From positions 123,938,001 through 124,002,000 of the forward strand of contig OX597816.1 of the NCBI GenBank assembly GCA_951406725.2: a stretch of 64,000 bases of DNA. The letters run 5' to 3'. Both the position numbers and the translations under genes were made by a program. A model generated the notes under the pieces. The model was not told where the DNA came from. It searched no databases and saw nothing but the letters and a program-made list of their open reading frames with translations. Positions within the stretch are counted from its first letter, which is position 1. Each line of letters starts with the position of its first letter. Shown here in pieces: positions 1 to 12,350 of this stretch. This DNA is from Octopus vulgaris. Taxonomy: Eukaryota.

Positions 1-615
1 CCAAAAGGTTGCAATTAGTCATTTTACATTACCTGTAGGAAAAAGGACTGAATGCAAGAGCAGTGGTAAAAGAAATTAATGATGTAGAAGGCCCAGTGTA
101 GCACAAAACTGGTTCAGACATTTCAAGGAAGGTGACACCCACCTCAAAGGCAAACCAAGGTTAGGGAAACCTCTTGTTGTGGAAGATGAGGCCTTGCTTG
201 AAATGATTGAACAGCAGCCAAGCACAAGGGTTCATATATTGTCGGCAGAGCTTAGTCCTTCACAAAGCACCATCAGTTGACACTTCTATAAGTTTGGCCT
301 TGTGAACAGATGCTGTCAAGGAACTTCTCATGAACTGACCAATGATCAGCTCCAAAAAGATGTGAGCATTTGCAGACAACTTCTGATAAATCCTTGAGAT
401 GCCTATTTATGGCATCAAATTGTAACTGGAGAGGAAAATAGATCTGTTTTCATAATCCTAATGAGAGAAATCAGTGGTTTCATACCAGTCAGACCGCAGA
501 ACCTGTGGTCAAATAAGATCAGTTTGAACTGAAGGTCATTTTGTGTGTTTTGTGGAACTGCAAGGGGATGTTCCCTTTTGAGCTTGTCTCAGATGGTCAA
601 GTTGTGAACTCTTCT
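1..615 (+). mobile_element. Mariner (SETMAR/Mos1-like) transposase remnant, N-terminal half, with stops and frameshifts
   Basis: Manual translation gives ...NARAVVKEINDVEG..AQNWFRHFKEGDTHLKGKPRLGKP..HELT..IVTGEE..KVILCVLWNCKG, matching the mariner HTH, linker and first catalytic region. Confidence 0.85.
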
Positions 616-729
616 GTACCTTGTTCAATAGGACTAGGTGTTCAAGTCAAGGCATATAAAGATAAAGATGTAGTGTATTAAGATTTGTCAAAGTTTACCA
701 GCATGGTCATACAGTCAAAAGTATCAAAG

Positions 730-958
730 TCCCTTCTTAAGCCATATGTTCATAAGGCCAGTTTTCTGGTTTCTTTAGAATATACACTCTTTCTCTAGAT
801 AGGACACCAGTCCATCACAGGATTACACATTTTTGCCATTTGAGTGGACTGGAGCAATGAGAAATGAAGTCTTTTGCTTTGGAAAACTTTACATTGCCAG
901 AACCTAAAACAAATCTTAGAATCAAGAGTGCAATACCCTAATCACTAAGCCATGTGCC
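730..958 (-). mobile_element. tRNA-derived SINE (family E), degenerate
   Basis: Minus strand starts GGCACATGGCTTAGTGATTAGGG (A-box-like); shares the GATGGACT..GTC.TGTCC and GAAACCAG body with 57270-57490. Confidence 0.6.
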
Positions 959-1555
959 AAAGATTATGTCTTTGATTTCCTTCCATAGTTTACTTCTTAG
1001 CTTAAGGTGAAAAGTAATAAAGGACTCTTAAGGCAGAAGAGGTGAAATGAGGAATATTGCTTTCTGAGATGCTATTTCACAACCACTGGAGAGCAAAGTG
1101 CTCCTCATGAACGCAGGTTGGTGATATAGTTGTGATCTGTAAACAGTTTTGGGTAGGAACCAGAAAGTGAAGTATGAACATGTAATGCACATGTACACAC
1201 TGAATTCATAAAATGGAAGAGAAGAATAAAATCACAATGCACATGTCAAAAACAGATAGAAGATATGAATAAAACAAGTTATATGAATGTCTGCATGCCA
1301 CATCTGACACTGGCAATTTTCACATTGCATAAGAACAGACCAATGTGGATTTTCGCAATATCTAAAGAATCAAATGCTTAATGATAAAAAAACACAAAAG
1401 AAAGAAAATTTCATACTTCTTAATAAACTAGGATTTTTCAGTTGTAACTACCACTTACAATTTTATTACCAGTTTCTACACAGATGAGATTTTAGGGGAT
1501 GGTGGGAAGGGTAATTACAAAAATTATAATTTTTTGGAGAAAATTTTTAAACATA

Positions 1556-1980
1556 AGCGTAGGAGTGGCTGTGTGGTAAGTAGCTTGCTTACCAACCACA
1601 TGGTTCTGGGTTCAGTCTCACTGCGTGGTACCTTGGGCAAGTGTCTTCTACTATAGCCTCAGGCCAACCAAAGCCTTGTGAGTGGATTTGGTAGATGGAA
1701 ACTGAAAGAAGTCGTCGTATATATGTATATATATATATATATGTGTATGTGTGTGTATACGTTTGTGTGTCTGTGTTTGCCCCCCCCCCCCCAACATCGT
1801 TTGATAACTGATGCTGGTGTGTGGTGTATTTATGTCAGCGTCACTTAGCAGTTCGGCAAAAGAGAACGATAGAATAAGTACTAGGCTTACAAAGAATATG
1901 TCTTGGGGTCAATTTGCTTGACTAAAGGTGGTGCTCCAGCATGGCCACAGTCAAATGACTGAAACAAGTAAATCAGTAAA
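1556..1980 (+). mobile_element. tRNA-derived SINE (family A) with central (TA)/(TG) microsatellite
   Basis: A box TGGCTGTGTGG, B box GGTTCAGTC; close copies at 52519-52956 and 37311-37776. Confidence 0.9.
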
Positions 1981-2041
1981 CACTGAAATTTTCTGAAATT
2001 TTAGCCAATCAGGTTTATCTATTCTTGATATCCAATCCTAC

Positions 2042-2395
2042 AGACTATGCTATTTGTACATGTTTTTATAGAAATCAAGTGAAATAGTTTTGTGAAGAGG
2101 GTCAGGATTCAGGATTTGGGTTTTAACGTTTAGGTCCAAGTTAAGGATTTACGGTCAGGTCTAGGATTAGGGTTCAGAGTTAGGTTTAGGAGTTGGGTTA
2201 GATTTAGGGTTTAGAGTTTAGGGTTAGGATTAGGGATTGTAGTGTATCACAAAACGTTGTTTCAAATGTCAATTTGTTTTGTAGTTTTGTTATTAATGTT
2301 TCAATAAATATACAAATGAATAAATAAAAGCAAAAATGAAATAAAAACAAAACAAAAACTAAAATGGTGCCTTCCATAAAGGTGCAATAGCGTCT
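2042..2395. mobile_element. Putative MITE containing a degenerate (TTAGGG)n tract
   Basis: Imperfect TIR agactatgctatttgtac / gtgcaatagcgtct; TTAGGG-like array at about 2100-2237. Confidence 0.45.
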
Positions 2396-2549
2396 ATGAT
2401 GGCATGTTAAGAATAAATGAATCTGATTACCAAACATTTAGAAAAAAAATCAGTATTTAATAGAACCAGCCTTCTTTATATTTAATTTCTCAAAAGAAAA
2501 AGTAGTTGTGATTCTCCTAATTAGTATAATGTCATAGTATTAATGTTGT

Positions 2550-2750
2550 GTAGCATGTTGGACAAAATGCTTAGTGGCATATCTTCCAGCTCTTTATGTT
2601 CTGAGTTTGAATCCCACTGCGGTCAAGTTTGACTTCAAGCATTTAGAGGTTGATAAGGTAAAGTACTAATCAAGTGCCAAGTTAGTGTAATCAACTAACT
2701 CCACCTACTACAATTCCTGGCCTTGTCCCAAAATTTGAAACCATTATTAT
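2550..2750 (+). mobile_element. SINE family B, degenerate
   Basis: aaatgcttagtggcat..ttctgagtt..aagtac..ggccttgt, matching 8212-8439. Confidence 0.7.
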
Positions 2751-2944
2751 TGTGAGTGCATGAGAAAGCTGTTTTTAAGTTCATAAGTTATTACTGAAAT
2801 TTGTTTGGTCAGAAGAAAGTAATTTTAGCTTTTGTATCATTCTGTCATTAAACCACCAGCATCCTATGATGCTAGTTTACTTAGTGAAATTTTTGCCCCC
2901 GTGGGGCAAAATTTGTGATCTTTTGGCAGTGCAGTTGCATATTA

Positions 2945-3140
2945 ATTTCAAGTGTTGGTACAAAACCAGCAAATTCAAGACAGGTCAAGTCAGTTACATC
3001 GACACCATGAATTAGCTGGCATTTATTTTATCAACCCTAAAAGGCAAATTGAACCTCAGCAGAATTTGAACTCTGAATGTAAAGACAGACGAGATATCAC
3101 TAAGCATTTTACACATGCTTATGATTCTGCCAGCTCACTA
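2945..3140 (-). mobile_element. SINE family B, degenerate
   Basis: gaatttgaactctgaa..taagcatttt..gattctgccagctcac is the reverse complement of the family B head. Confidence 0.75.
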
Positions 3141-3694
3141 CCCAGGTGCAGCTACATACTAAAAGTAGATATGATTATGCAAAGTCAGGAGACAGTTACC
3201 TGTTCCGACAGGTAATAAATACTGTACCAATTTCCCACTATTACCTACAAACAGTGAATGTATGAATGTCCACAACAACAATAATGACAACAACAAAAAT
3301 GAGAAAAAAGTCAAAGCAATGTTACCCCTATTGGCAAATTTCGCTAGCATTACCAACAAACAACAAAAATAACAACAATGAGCCTAGAAAACACAAAGGG
3401 AAAAACCTAATACCCATCACTTCACTATCATCTGAGAACAGAATAGGTACATACTACATACCCCAGCTTTCTCAATGACCTTTCTTCGCCACCCCAAATC
3501 ACTTTTATTTTCCTTTAACTTCTTGTGCCTACTTTCTGTACAAGTCACCCCATGCTGTTATCCATCATTAATACCTTGCTTATCTGCTATCACCCAAAAT
3601 GCCTTCACATATCTACTCCTAGGTTTCTCTCCTGATCCTCTCCTAGGTTTCTCTCCATCATTTGCTATAATCACCTCTATCTTGCCCACTTACC

Positions 3695-3898
3695 CAGCCC
3701 ACTGGTACTGATGACATGCATAAAAGTACCCTGTACATGCTGTAAATTGGCCAGCATTAGGATAGGCATCCAGCTGTAGAAACCAAACCAAAAACACAAT
3801 AGAACTTGGCACAGTCTTCTGGCTTGCCAGCTCTTTACAAACTGTCCAACCCATGACAGCAAGAAAAATGGCCGTTAAATGATGATGATGATGATGAT
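3695..3898 (+). mobile_element. SINE-like repeat family C with (GAT)n tail
   Basis: ggcatccagctgtagaaac..tgtccaacccatg..cgttaaatgatgatg; many copies in the window. Confidence 0.8.
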
Positions 3899-4169
3899 GC
3901 TAAGGATTATGATGATATGTACACATATATGCCTTAATGAATAGCATACCTCAACAAATTAAGATCTTTCGAGTATCACAGCACACATGCAATGTTACAA
4001 AACGAATTAAATACCTCAGTGGAATAGAAAGCTTCAGAGGGAATATTAACAAAAGACTGTATAAGGACCTGCTTATGAAAACACCCACAACAAGCTGGAG
4101 GCAATAGAACACTTGCCCCTCCATAGGAATTGTGTAAGTAAGTCTTTGTCATTTTCTACTTTGTGTGGA

Positions 4170-4485
4170 ATATGGCTTCACTCAAAATCAGAACAGGCAC
4201 TGTAAATGCACCTGGCCTGGAGTCACCTTGGAGGTGGAGCTATTTGTTCAATGATCTCGTATCAGTAGATCAGTAGATATAGAGGTGGTGGCCATCAATG
4301 AAATCAGAATTTCCAGTCCATATGTCTTCATGCCCATTTTTGGTGGATACAAGATTTACTTATCTTCAAGCCAACCAGGATTCAGAAACAGAGCTGCTGT
4401 ATTATTTCAGAAGGCTCTGAATCTCTCAATACAAGTTGTCTTCTTGGATCCAGAAGGTAAATTGTTGCAGTTGGATGGGAATTGT
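4170..4485 (+). mobile_element. Tx1/L1-type AP endonuclease N-terminal fragment
   Basis: Reads VNAPGLESPW..NDL..IEVVAINEIR..AAVLFQK..VFLDPEGKLLQLD, the pattern of L1/Tx1 ORF2 endonuclease motifs. Confidence 0.6.
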
Positions 4486-4519
4486 AGCAAAGGAAGTATT
4501 TGTATATATATATATACAT

Positions 4520-4688
4520 ACACACACACAAATAGCCTTTGCCTTACCCTTAGATAAAGTCAGTGGCATGGAGAGGAGAGGCTGGTATGCATGGGTGACT
4601 ACTGGTCTTTCATAAACAAACTTGCCCAGACTTGGAGGGTAACTTTCTAGGAGCAATCTCATGGTCATTCATAACCAATGGGGTTCTT
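4520..4688 (+). mobile_element. SINE family D, 3' part
   Basis: Matches the 3' half of 36141-36474 (gaggctggtatgcatgggtgact..gagggtaactttctagg). Confidence 0.8.
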
Positions 4689-4694
4689 TATATA

Positions 4695-4862
4695 TCATCA
4701 TCATCATTTAACATCTATTCTCCATGCAGGCATAGGACAGATAGTTTGACAAGAGCTGGCCAGCTGGGGTATTGTCCAGGCTCTAACTGCTTTTTGTGGT
4801 ATGATTTCTATGGCTGGATGCCCTTCCTAACCCCAACAACTTTAGAGAGTGTGCTGGATTCT
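4695..4862 (-). mobile_element. Repeat family C
   Basis: catcatcatttaac..ggctggatgcccttcctaac. Confidence 0.7.
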
Positions 4863-5064
4863 TTGTACAGGTACATTTATAGACTAATTGATATGTATAT
4901 TCACATGTATATTCATAAAGAATGAAAATGTAAAGGGGAAATAATCTCAAGAATCAAGAAGTCTGCAAAGTTGAAGCTGGAAAAGGACTACTTTATTGTT
5001 TGAAGATAATGAACAGTCACGGACATGTATTTTTACCCCCAATAGGTGTCATCAAAATTACTGT

Positions 5065-5525
5065 CTATCTATGTATGTGTGTGTGTGTACATACATATAT
5101 ATAAGTACACGTATATGTATGCATACATACACACACAAACGTTTTTTTCTTTGTTCAACAAAAAGTTCGTTTCTATGTTTTTGTTTTTATGTTTTCCTTC
5201 CTCATTGTGATCAACGTTTTTTTGATGTCCTGTACCCATTTACGCACGTATATATACATATAGATGTAGATATATATACATATATGTATGTATATATGCA
5301 TATATTTGTATATTATTTATATTATACACACACATATATATATAGGCACATGCACACACACATGTATGTATGTATATATGAGTGTCTACACATACATCAT
5401 CATTACCTTCCATGCTGACATATATATCCACATATCTATATGCCTATCAATATATATCTGTCTCTCTCTCTCTTTCTCTCTCTCTCTATATATATATATA
5501 ACCACCCTCTCGCTCTCTCTCTCTC

Positions 5526-5587
<62 letters not shown>

Positions 5588-5660
5588 TAAATAGATAGAT
5601 ATACATGCACACGCACACACTGATACCTTTGTGTGTATGTGTATTTGATGTATGTGTGAT
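5065..5660. repeat. Compound (TA)/(CA)/(TC) microsatellite region
   Basis: Directly visible simple repeats. Confidence 0.9.
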
Positions 5661-6539
5661 TGTCTGTAAATGATTTTTTTTTCTCACATACATTCAACAC
5701 TGAGTTCTTTTCAAAGATCTTTACTAACAAAAATGAAATGAAGATTTTTATGATAAACAAAGACCATTAAAATATAGGATTTGCTTAAAAATTGTTTTCT
5801 CTTCTACAATCTAATTTAACAGGAAAATCAAACAAAAGTTTTCCAGCAAAAAAAAAAAATAATAAATGACAAAAACAAAATACAAATATAAAAAAAATAA
5901 CAAAAATTGCAACAAACAAAACTACATTCAAAAATATTACCAAAACAATGGAAGATATAGCTGTCAAAAGTTACAATAAGAAAAAGATAGCAAAAACATA
6001 TAATAAACACTATATGTGTTTACTTATTTTCTGCAAAATGAGACGACATTTATACAGAAAAATGGTTTAGAAAATAACAGAATGAAATTTGCATCTGAAA
6101 AATGAGTAACTCTTATCTATCATGTGGCCTAGATTCAATACATCTCTCTGAACTGGAGAGATTTCATAGAATTGCCATTATAAATAAACTGATTGAATTA
6201 TTGAACTATCAGCAGACTAACGCTTACAGATTTTGTAATACCTTTTCTAAAATATGCATTTTGCTTTTGCTGCTATATTCCTCAACATCTTTTGAATACA
6301 GTAGCAGGAACGAAAAAAAAAAAAGAAAAAAAGAAAAACATGAAAAAAAGTTAAAATTCTCATTTCTGTGGTTCTCCATGTAAAAAAAAATGTCTCTCTA
6401 GCTAGACTGCCTTTTCTCTCGTTTTATTTTTGTATTTAATTGGTTTTTTTTTTTGAAAAATATTACTTTGTAATTTTTTTTTTTATGTACCATTGTTCTC
6501 TTTCACCTCTCCTCCTGATAATATTCTGCAACAATAGTT

Positions 6540-6975
6540 CCATCACCATTGTAACCACTACCACCATCACCGCTACTGACACCACTAACTAACATTGTTG
6601 CATACATCAACACAAACATCACTGCTGCTACCACCAGTACCACTAGCACTGCCACCTGCACTACTACCACCACCATCACTTCCACTACCACAACCACCAC
6701 CACCAATATAGTTACAATTACCCCAGCCAACATTTACTAACAAAAGCAACAATCACAACTGGATTACCACTGCTATTACTACTACTACTGCTGCTGTGAC
6801 TGCTACTACCTCCACCATCATCCCCACCACCATTACCACCAACACCACTACTCATTACAACCACCAATGGTGCCACTGTAGCCACCACTACCACCGTCAC
6901 TGCCTGCACCATCACCATTTCCACCACTGCCATTGCTGCTGCCACCACCACTACAACTACTACTACTACTACAAA
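6540..6975. repeat. Degenerate (CAC/ACT)n trinucleotide tract
   Basis: Directly visible. Confidence 0.9.
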
Positions 6976-7394
6976 TAACATTATACACAAAAAGCATTAC
7001 CATCATTGTTATAACTGGCATCAATCATTGTAATCTCATTGTAATGATATAATGCTTTCCAGAACTATTGCTTCCACAATGGCCTCTGCTCCTCTAAAAG
7101 ACTGAGATACTTCCAACCTCTGTCTAGGCACACCAGACATGCCTCTCTTCATTATCCATACTTTGCTTGCTTCTCATAGATTTCGCATTAATCACTCTAC
7201 TTGTCCTTTCACAGAAGTATGTCAGTAATTTGAATTACCTTCCTTCCTGCTTCCTTCTCGTAAATGATGACTTAGAAATGCTTAGACTTTGAACTATGGT
7301 ACTTATTTTAATCAACCCTGAAGAGATGAAAGATAAAATCGACCCTGGTGGAATTTGAACTCAATAATGATAATAATAACAGCAATAATGATAA

Positions 7395-7722
7395 AGTAGT
7401 GGGGGAGCATCATAGACATGTGTTGAGAGGAATTCTTTGGGGTTTGAATAATTCACCTCTGGAAATATAGGTGTTTCGTTCATCATCCATAAACAAAGAC
7501 CTTTTGAGTAGGATGGGCAACTCAAACTGAAGAAAATTCTAACTGGGCCCCACCTGCAAGGTCATGCGCTGTTTATCTTGATATGAGATCGCCATGCTGC
7601 ACACATGGTTGTGATGCACGTGCCTGGTGTATCCTTATCAGATGGCTACTCATGATGGGTATGTTGGGCATTGTATATTTTACCCCAGTGTCACTTTGAT
7701 GGTATGCCCTGCCCTCTCACTC
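7395..7722 (+). mobile_element. Non-coding interspersed repeat ending in (AAT)n; 5'-truncated copy of 53001-53595
   Basis: aagtagtggggg..ctgggccccacctgcaaggtcatg..ctctcactcaataataat is nearly identical to 53251-53595. Confidence 0.85.
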
Positions 7723-7879
7723 AATAATAATAATAATTTCATTTATTTGCCACAAGGGCAAAGGAATGATGGAGTATTGGAAGCAGAGAAAAAAGGAAAA
7801 AAAAAGAAAGAAGTACAAAAAGGACATGAAGTATTACACAACAAAGGACTATAGATTAACTTCATGTAGCCACAACAGA

Positions 7880-8750
7880 AGTTGCTGGAAAGCACAGGTG
7901 AGATTGGCTGAAGAAAGGAACACTGAAAAAAAGAGACCGAGAACACTATACTAGCAGTGCAAGACCAAATTTTGGCCACGAATTGGAGGATCAACCTTTG
8001 GAATAAGCAAGTGTCTCTGCTGTGCGACATCAGTAATAGAGTGCCCACATCATGAACGAATGCCCTAGACTTACCCAAAACCATTACAAGTTGTATTGAC
8101 ACGATGAGGAAGTGAAAGTACAACATTGGAAACTGTGAAAAGTGGGGGCTAGAGAGAGGCAAGACATGGTATGAGCATAAAACTGCAGAGAGTGGCAGAA
8201 TCGGAGATTTGAAGGAGGCAAGCTGGCAGAATCATTAGCATGCCGGGCGAAATCCTTAGCGGTAATTTGTCTGCAACTACGTTCTGAGTTTAAATTCTGC
8301 CGAGGTCGACTTTGCCTTTCATCTTTTTGGTGTTGATAAATTAAGTACCACTTATGCACTGGGTCGATGTAATTGACTTAATCCCTTTGTCCTTGTTTGT
8401 CCCTTCTATATTTAGCCCCTAGTGGGCAATAAAAAAATAAGAATCAGAGATTTGCAAAGTCTTCTGAGATTCCCAATCCAAACAGATCAGGTGTTAGAGC
8501 ATAACAAACCAGACCTGGTGGTGGTCGGCAAGATGCACCACATGAGCTATATAGTTGATATTGGGTGCCCCTTTGACCCATGAATAGTCAAGATGGAAGG
8601 TGAAAAATAGATAGATACAAGCCTTTTAAGTAAAAAATAGCCTGACTATGGAAAATGAAGGTGAAGATAATGCCAAATTTTGTTTTGTCATTGGGAACCG
8701 TATCAGCAGGATTCAAGAGGAATATAAAGGAAGTTGGAATAGAGCACTAA
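7880..8750 (+). mobile_element. Degenerate R4/Dong-like LINE 3' region, interrupted by a SINE
   Basis: ETENTILAVQDQILATN corresponds to ETEGF..AAQDQ.L.T of 47218 and 51616; later ..KPDLVV..IVDIGCPFD. Confidence 0.75.
8212..8439 (+). mobile_element. SINE family B, full length, with 15-bp TSD
   Basis: Flanked by AGAATC(G/A)GAGATTTG at 8197-8211 and 8440-8454; tRNA-like head AGCTGGCAGAATC..GAGTTTAAATTC. Confidence 0.92.
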
Positions 8751-8802
8751 TACTACAATTAGCCGTCATTTTTGATGGCACAGGGTCAGCTAGTTAATCA
8801 TA

Positions 8803-9722
8803 ATCCTTTCTACTATAGGCACAAGGCCTGAAATTGTGCAGGAGCGGGATAGTCAATTACATTAACACCAGTATGTAACTGGTATTTATTTCATTGACCT
8901 CAAAAGGATGAAAGGCAAAGTCAACCTCGACAGAATTTGAACTCAGAACGTAAGGATGGACAAAATGCTGCTAAGCATTTTGCCCAGCACATTAATGATT
9001 CTGACAGCTTGCTACCTTAAAACATAGTGTTCCCATGCCAGGAATTGAACCTGGGTGAAAGTCAGGAATCCTAAATAATAATAATAATAATAATAATAAT
9101 AGTTTCAAATTTTGGCACAAGGCTAGCAATTTTAAAAGAGAGGGTAAGTCAATTACATTGCCCCAGTGCCCACCTGGTACTTATTTTAATTAACCCCAAA
9201 AGGATGAAAGACAAAGTCGACTCTGGCAGAATTTGAACTCAGTAATACTACTACTACTACTAATAATAATAATAGTAATCCTTTCCATTATAGGCACAAG
9301 GGCTGAAATTTTGAGGGAGGGGAGCTAGTCGATTACATCGACCCCAGTGCAAAACTGCTACTTATTTTATCAACCCCAAAATGATAAAAAGCAAAGTTGA
9401 CCTCGACGGAATTTGAACTCAGAACAGAAAGACCAACAAAATGCCGCTAATCATTTTACCCAGAATGTTAATGATGCTGCCAGCTTACTGCCTTAATAAT
9501 AATAATTATCCTTTCCACTAAAGGCACAAGGCCAGAAATTTGGGGGAAGGGTCTAGTCGATTACATTAACCCCAATGTGAAACTGGTACTCCCTTCATCG
9601 ATCCTGAAAGGATAAAAAGCAAAGTTGACCTAGGTGGGATTCAAACTCAAAAAATAAGGAGGGATGAAATGCCACTGAGCATTTTGCCCAGTGTGTTAGC
9701 GATTCTGCCAGCTCACCACCTT
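8803..9722 (-). mobile_element. Head-to-tail cluster of four family B SINEs (8803-9019, 9101-9242, 9279-9495, 9509-9722) separated by (AAT)n
   Basis: Repeated ggcacaagg..acat(t/c)..ccc..(g)aactca units, all on the minus strand. Confidence 0.9.
9030..9074 (-). pseudogene. tRNA-Glu(TTC) 3'-half pseudogene fragment
   Basis: ttcccatgccaggaattgaacctgggtgaaagtcaggaatcctaa matches the reverse complement of animal tRNA-Glu(TTC) with a short internal deletion; anticodon loop CTTTCAC. Confidence 0.65.
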
Positions 9723-11289
9723 AACAACAATCTGCTATAATAATACTCTTGTGTTTTTCTTTGTCACAACTTATGAATGAGAAAGGAAGGGGTGATGGCA
9801 AAATCGTAGTGGGAGCGTTTCAACTCTGTGTGGGTATATGTGTATGTATGTAAAAGAAAGGCATGTGAATGTTTGTGTGTGTGTGTGTGTGTGCACTGGA
9901 AGTGGAATGGTAAACATGCTGAAAAGAAAAATCAAACAGCGTTTCAACTCAGTGTGAGTATATGTGTGTGCATATTTGTATGTAAACCAGCATTCTTTCA
10001 GTACCAAACGATGATCAATGTCACATCTCAAAAGACAACCACTAGATAACATTGATAAAGTATTAATTTGATTTACAATCCATATTTATATATATAATAC
10101 TACAATTAGCCGTCATTTTTGGCAGCACAGGGCCAGCTTGTAATAATAATAATACCTGCTATCTCAAAAATGTATTCCTAACACAATGATAAGAAGAAAG
10201 GGCACTCTTGAAATAGAGAATGTGAAATATTGTGATTGGTTGTGCGGCACCAGTGGATATTAGTGGTATAACATATACTGGTGTTGAATAGGATTTGGTA
10301 TCAGCTTGCCTATGCTTTTTGCCTCTTTTTTTTTTTTACCTTTCAGTGGCTGTTTTGTTGTAAGCAGTTATAGACTAGACATTGTTCACTGTTCTCAACC
10401 CAGTAGAATATGGACTCAACTTTGACCCAGCAGAATATCCAAAACTTCCAACATGAGGAAACTTGAGGATGAGGAGTTTACACTCAGGCACTTGCTTAGT
10501 AGTGTATTATTTTATCACCCCCAGAAGAACGAAAGGCAAAGCTGATCTAAAGAGCCAATACAAATACCACAAATCATTTTGTCTTGCAGTCTAATGAGTT
10601 AATGCTATAAATGTCAGGAAATAAATCTGATGAAGAATCGAAACTTAGTTCTGGGACCAACTAACTAGAATTTTATCACAACTTAATAAAGTTGGCAAGA
10701 TCTACTATCAACAGTTACAACAAGAACAACAATATCAAGAACAGCAGGAAGAACCGTAACAATAGTGGCACCCTGGTTGTCAATAATAAGTACAGAAACA
10801 GCCAGCACTAACTCAATTACCATAAATACCATCATCACTGCCACCACTACTGTCACTGAAATGTTGTTTGTTTTTTGCAGCTTTTGTATATATACCAAAA
10901 GCAATATCATTCTCCAATATATTTTATGAGATTGAGACATCAGAATAAAACTGAATAGGTAGTTGGCATGATTTATTGGAGACTTCAGCTAGTTTAGTTA
11001 AAATTTCATTGCTTATATCCTGTGAGTAAAATGATTGAGGGTATGAAGACAGAAAAATAGAAAGACATGTAAGGAGGACAGTCGGTGAAATACTGAAAGT
11101 ATCAGGGTGAAGTGATGTCACACTAGTCACTAGTATTACTAATCAGATTGTGCAGTAAGATGTCATTTCTGCTGTTCAGTGTCACAGCACATTGTAAATT
11201 TCTGCAAAGCTAAAGGAGAAAACAGAATACATTTTGTGGCTTTAATAGATTAATTTATGAAGCTTAGTGAGATTAATGTAAGATAAAGT

Positions 11290-11780
11290 TGAGGTGCTTA
11301 CAATTCAATTTGGCTTTGTGACAGACATGTAGAATCTCAGATTCTGTATTTTTGCTATGGTAAATATAAGAGAAAAAGAAAAACTTCTTAATCAAGAATA
11401 ACTATCTTAATTTTATTAATCTAATGAAGGCTTTTGGCAGAGTCTTATACATTATACTTTAATGAATAATGAGAAAGCCAAGCAGAGGAGAATGACTCAT
11501 GAAAGCTGTTGAAATTATGATCAGTAATGAGTTTAGTAAGTAATTTAATCAACTGATAAATGTACAGTGATTGGTATAAGGACTGTAGTCTAGGCCTTGC
11601 GGTAATCCCACAGATGTTGAGACATGAATATTTATGAGAATATCTGAGAACTTGACAGCTTTATTCTCATTAAAGAATCTGTTGATAAACTGGAAAACAA
11701 TTGAAACTTAGAATAGTGAGATTGGGTGAAGATACTTAAAGTGTTCTTAGCTAAAAATGAATTACTAGTTAGTGACAGTG
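11290..11780 (+). mobile_element. Highly degenerate RTE-like RT fragment
   Basis: caatttggctttgtg (QFGF), ..FINLMKAFGRV.. and downstream similarity to the RTE remnant at 63.3 kb. Confidence 0.5.
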
Positions 11781-11819
11781 ATCAAAAATCTTTTTAGAAA
11801 CAGATAAACATAAAGATTA

Positions 11820-12350
11820 GATAATGCTGTTGTTTATAGTATAGACATGATCAATATTGTAGTGTACTATATTGAAGTGGTATTATAGTAGGATATAACA
11901 AGGAAGTTAGCAATATTATCATGCACATAGGTGGTGAGTAGGAAGAATCGTTAGCACGCTGGGCAAAATGCTAAGTGGCATTTCATTTTTCTTTATGCCA
12001 TGAGTTCAAGTTCCGCCTATGTCACTGTTGCCTTTTATCCTTTCAGGGTCAATAAAATGAATACTGGTTGAGCACTGGGTTTGATGTAATCAACTTGGCC
12101 CCTCCCCCAAAGTGGCTTGTCTTGTAACCAAACCTTGAAATCAGTATTGTTTTACACAGAATGGAAGTGGGCATTATTCTGAGTATACTACATGGAAATG
12201 GGCAATGTTGTGGTATGTAACATAGAAGTAAGCAATATTGTGGCTTTTAGACTGAAAGGAGGTGATATTGTGGTATATATATATAACATGAAAGTAAGTG
12301 ATATTGCAGTATATAGAATGGGAGGAAACAATATTGTGATATATTACACT
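11820..12350. repeat. Degenerate ~30-bp minisatellite (AACATGGAAGTAGGCAATATTGTGGTATAT-like), interrupted by a SINE
   Basis: Recurring gaagt..gcaatattgtggtata units; further units at about 13200-13345 and 13555-13580. Confidence 0.65.
11929..12142 (+). mobile_element. SINE family B
   Basis: gaatcgttagcacgctgggcaaaatgct..gagttcaagttccgcc.. Confidence 0.85.

Noticed and set aside
2100-2237. True telomere or chromosome fusion site
   Set aside because: Short, highly degenerate, single orientation, and enclosed by TIR-like ends.
10620-10655. CTGATGA-AGAATC-GAAAC-TTAGTT hammerhead-like motif
   Set aside because: Stem II cannot form and no stem I pairing is present.
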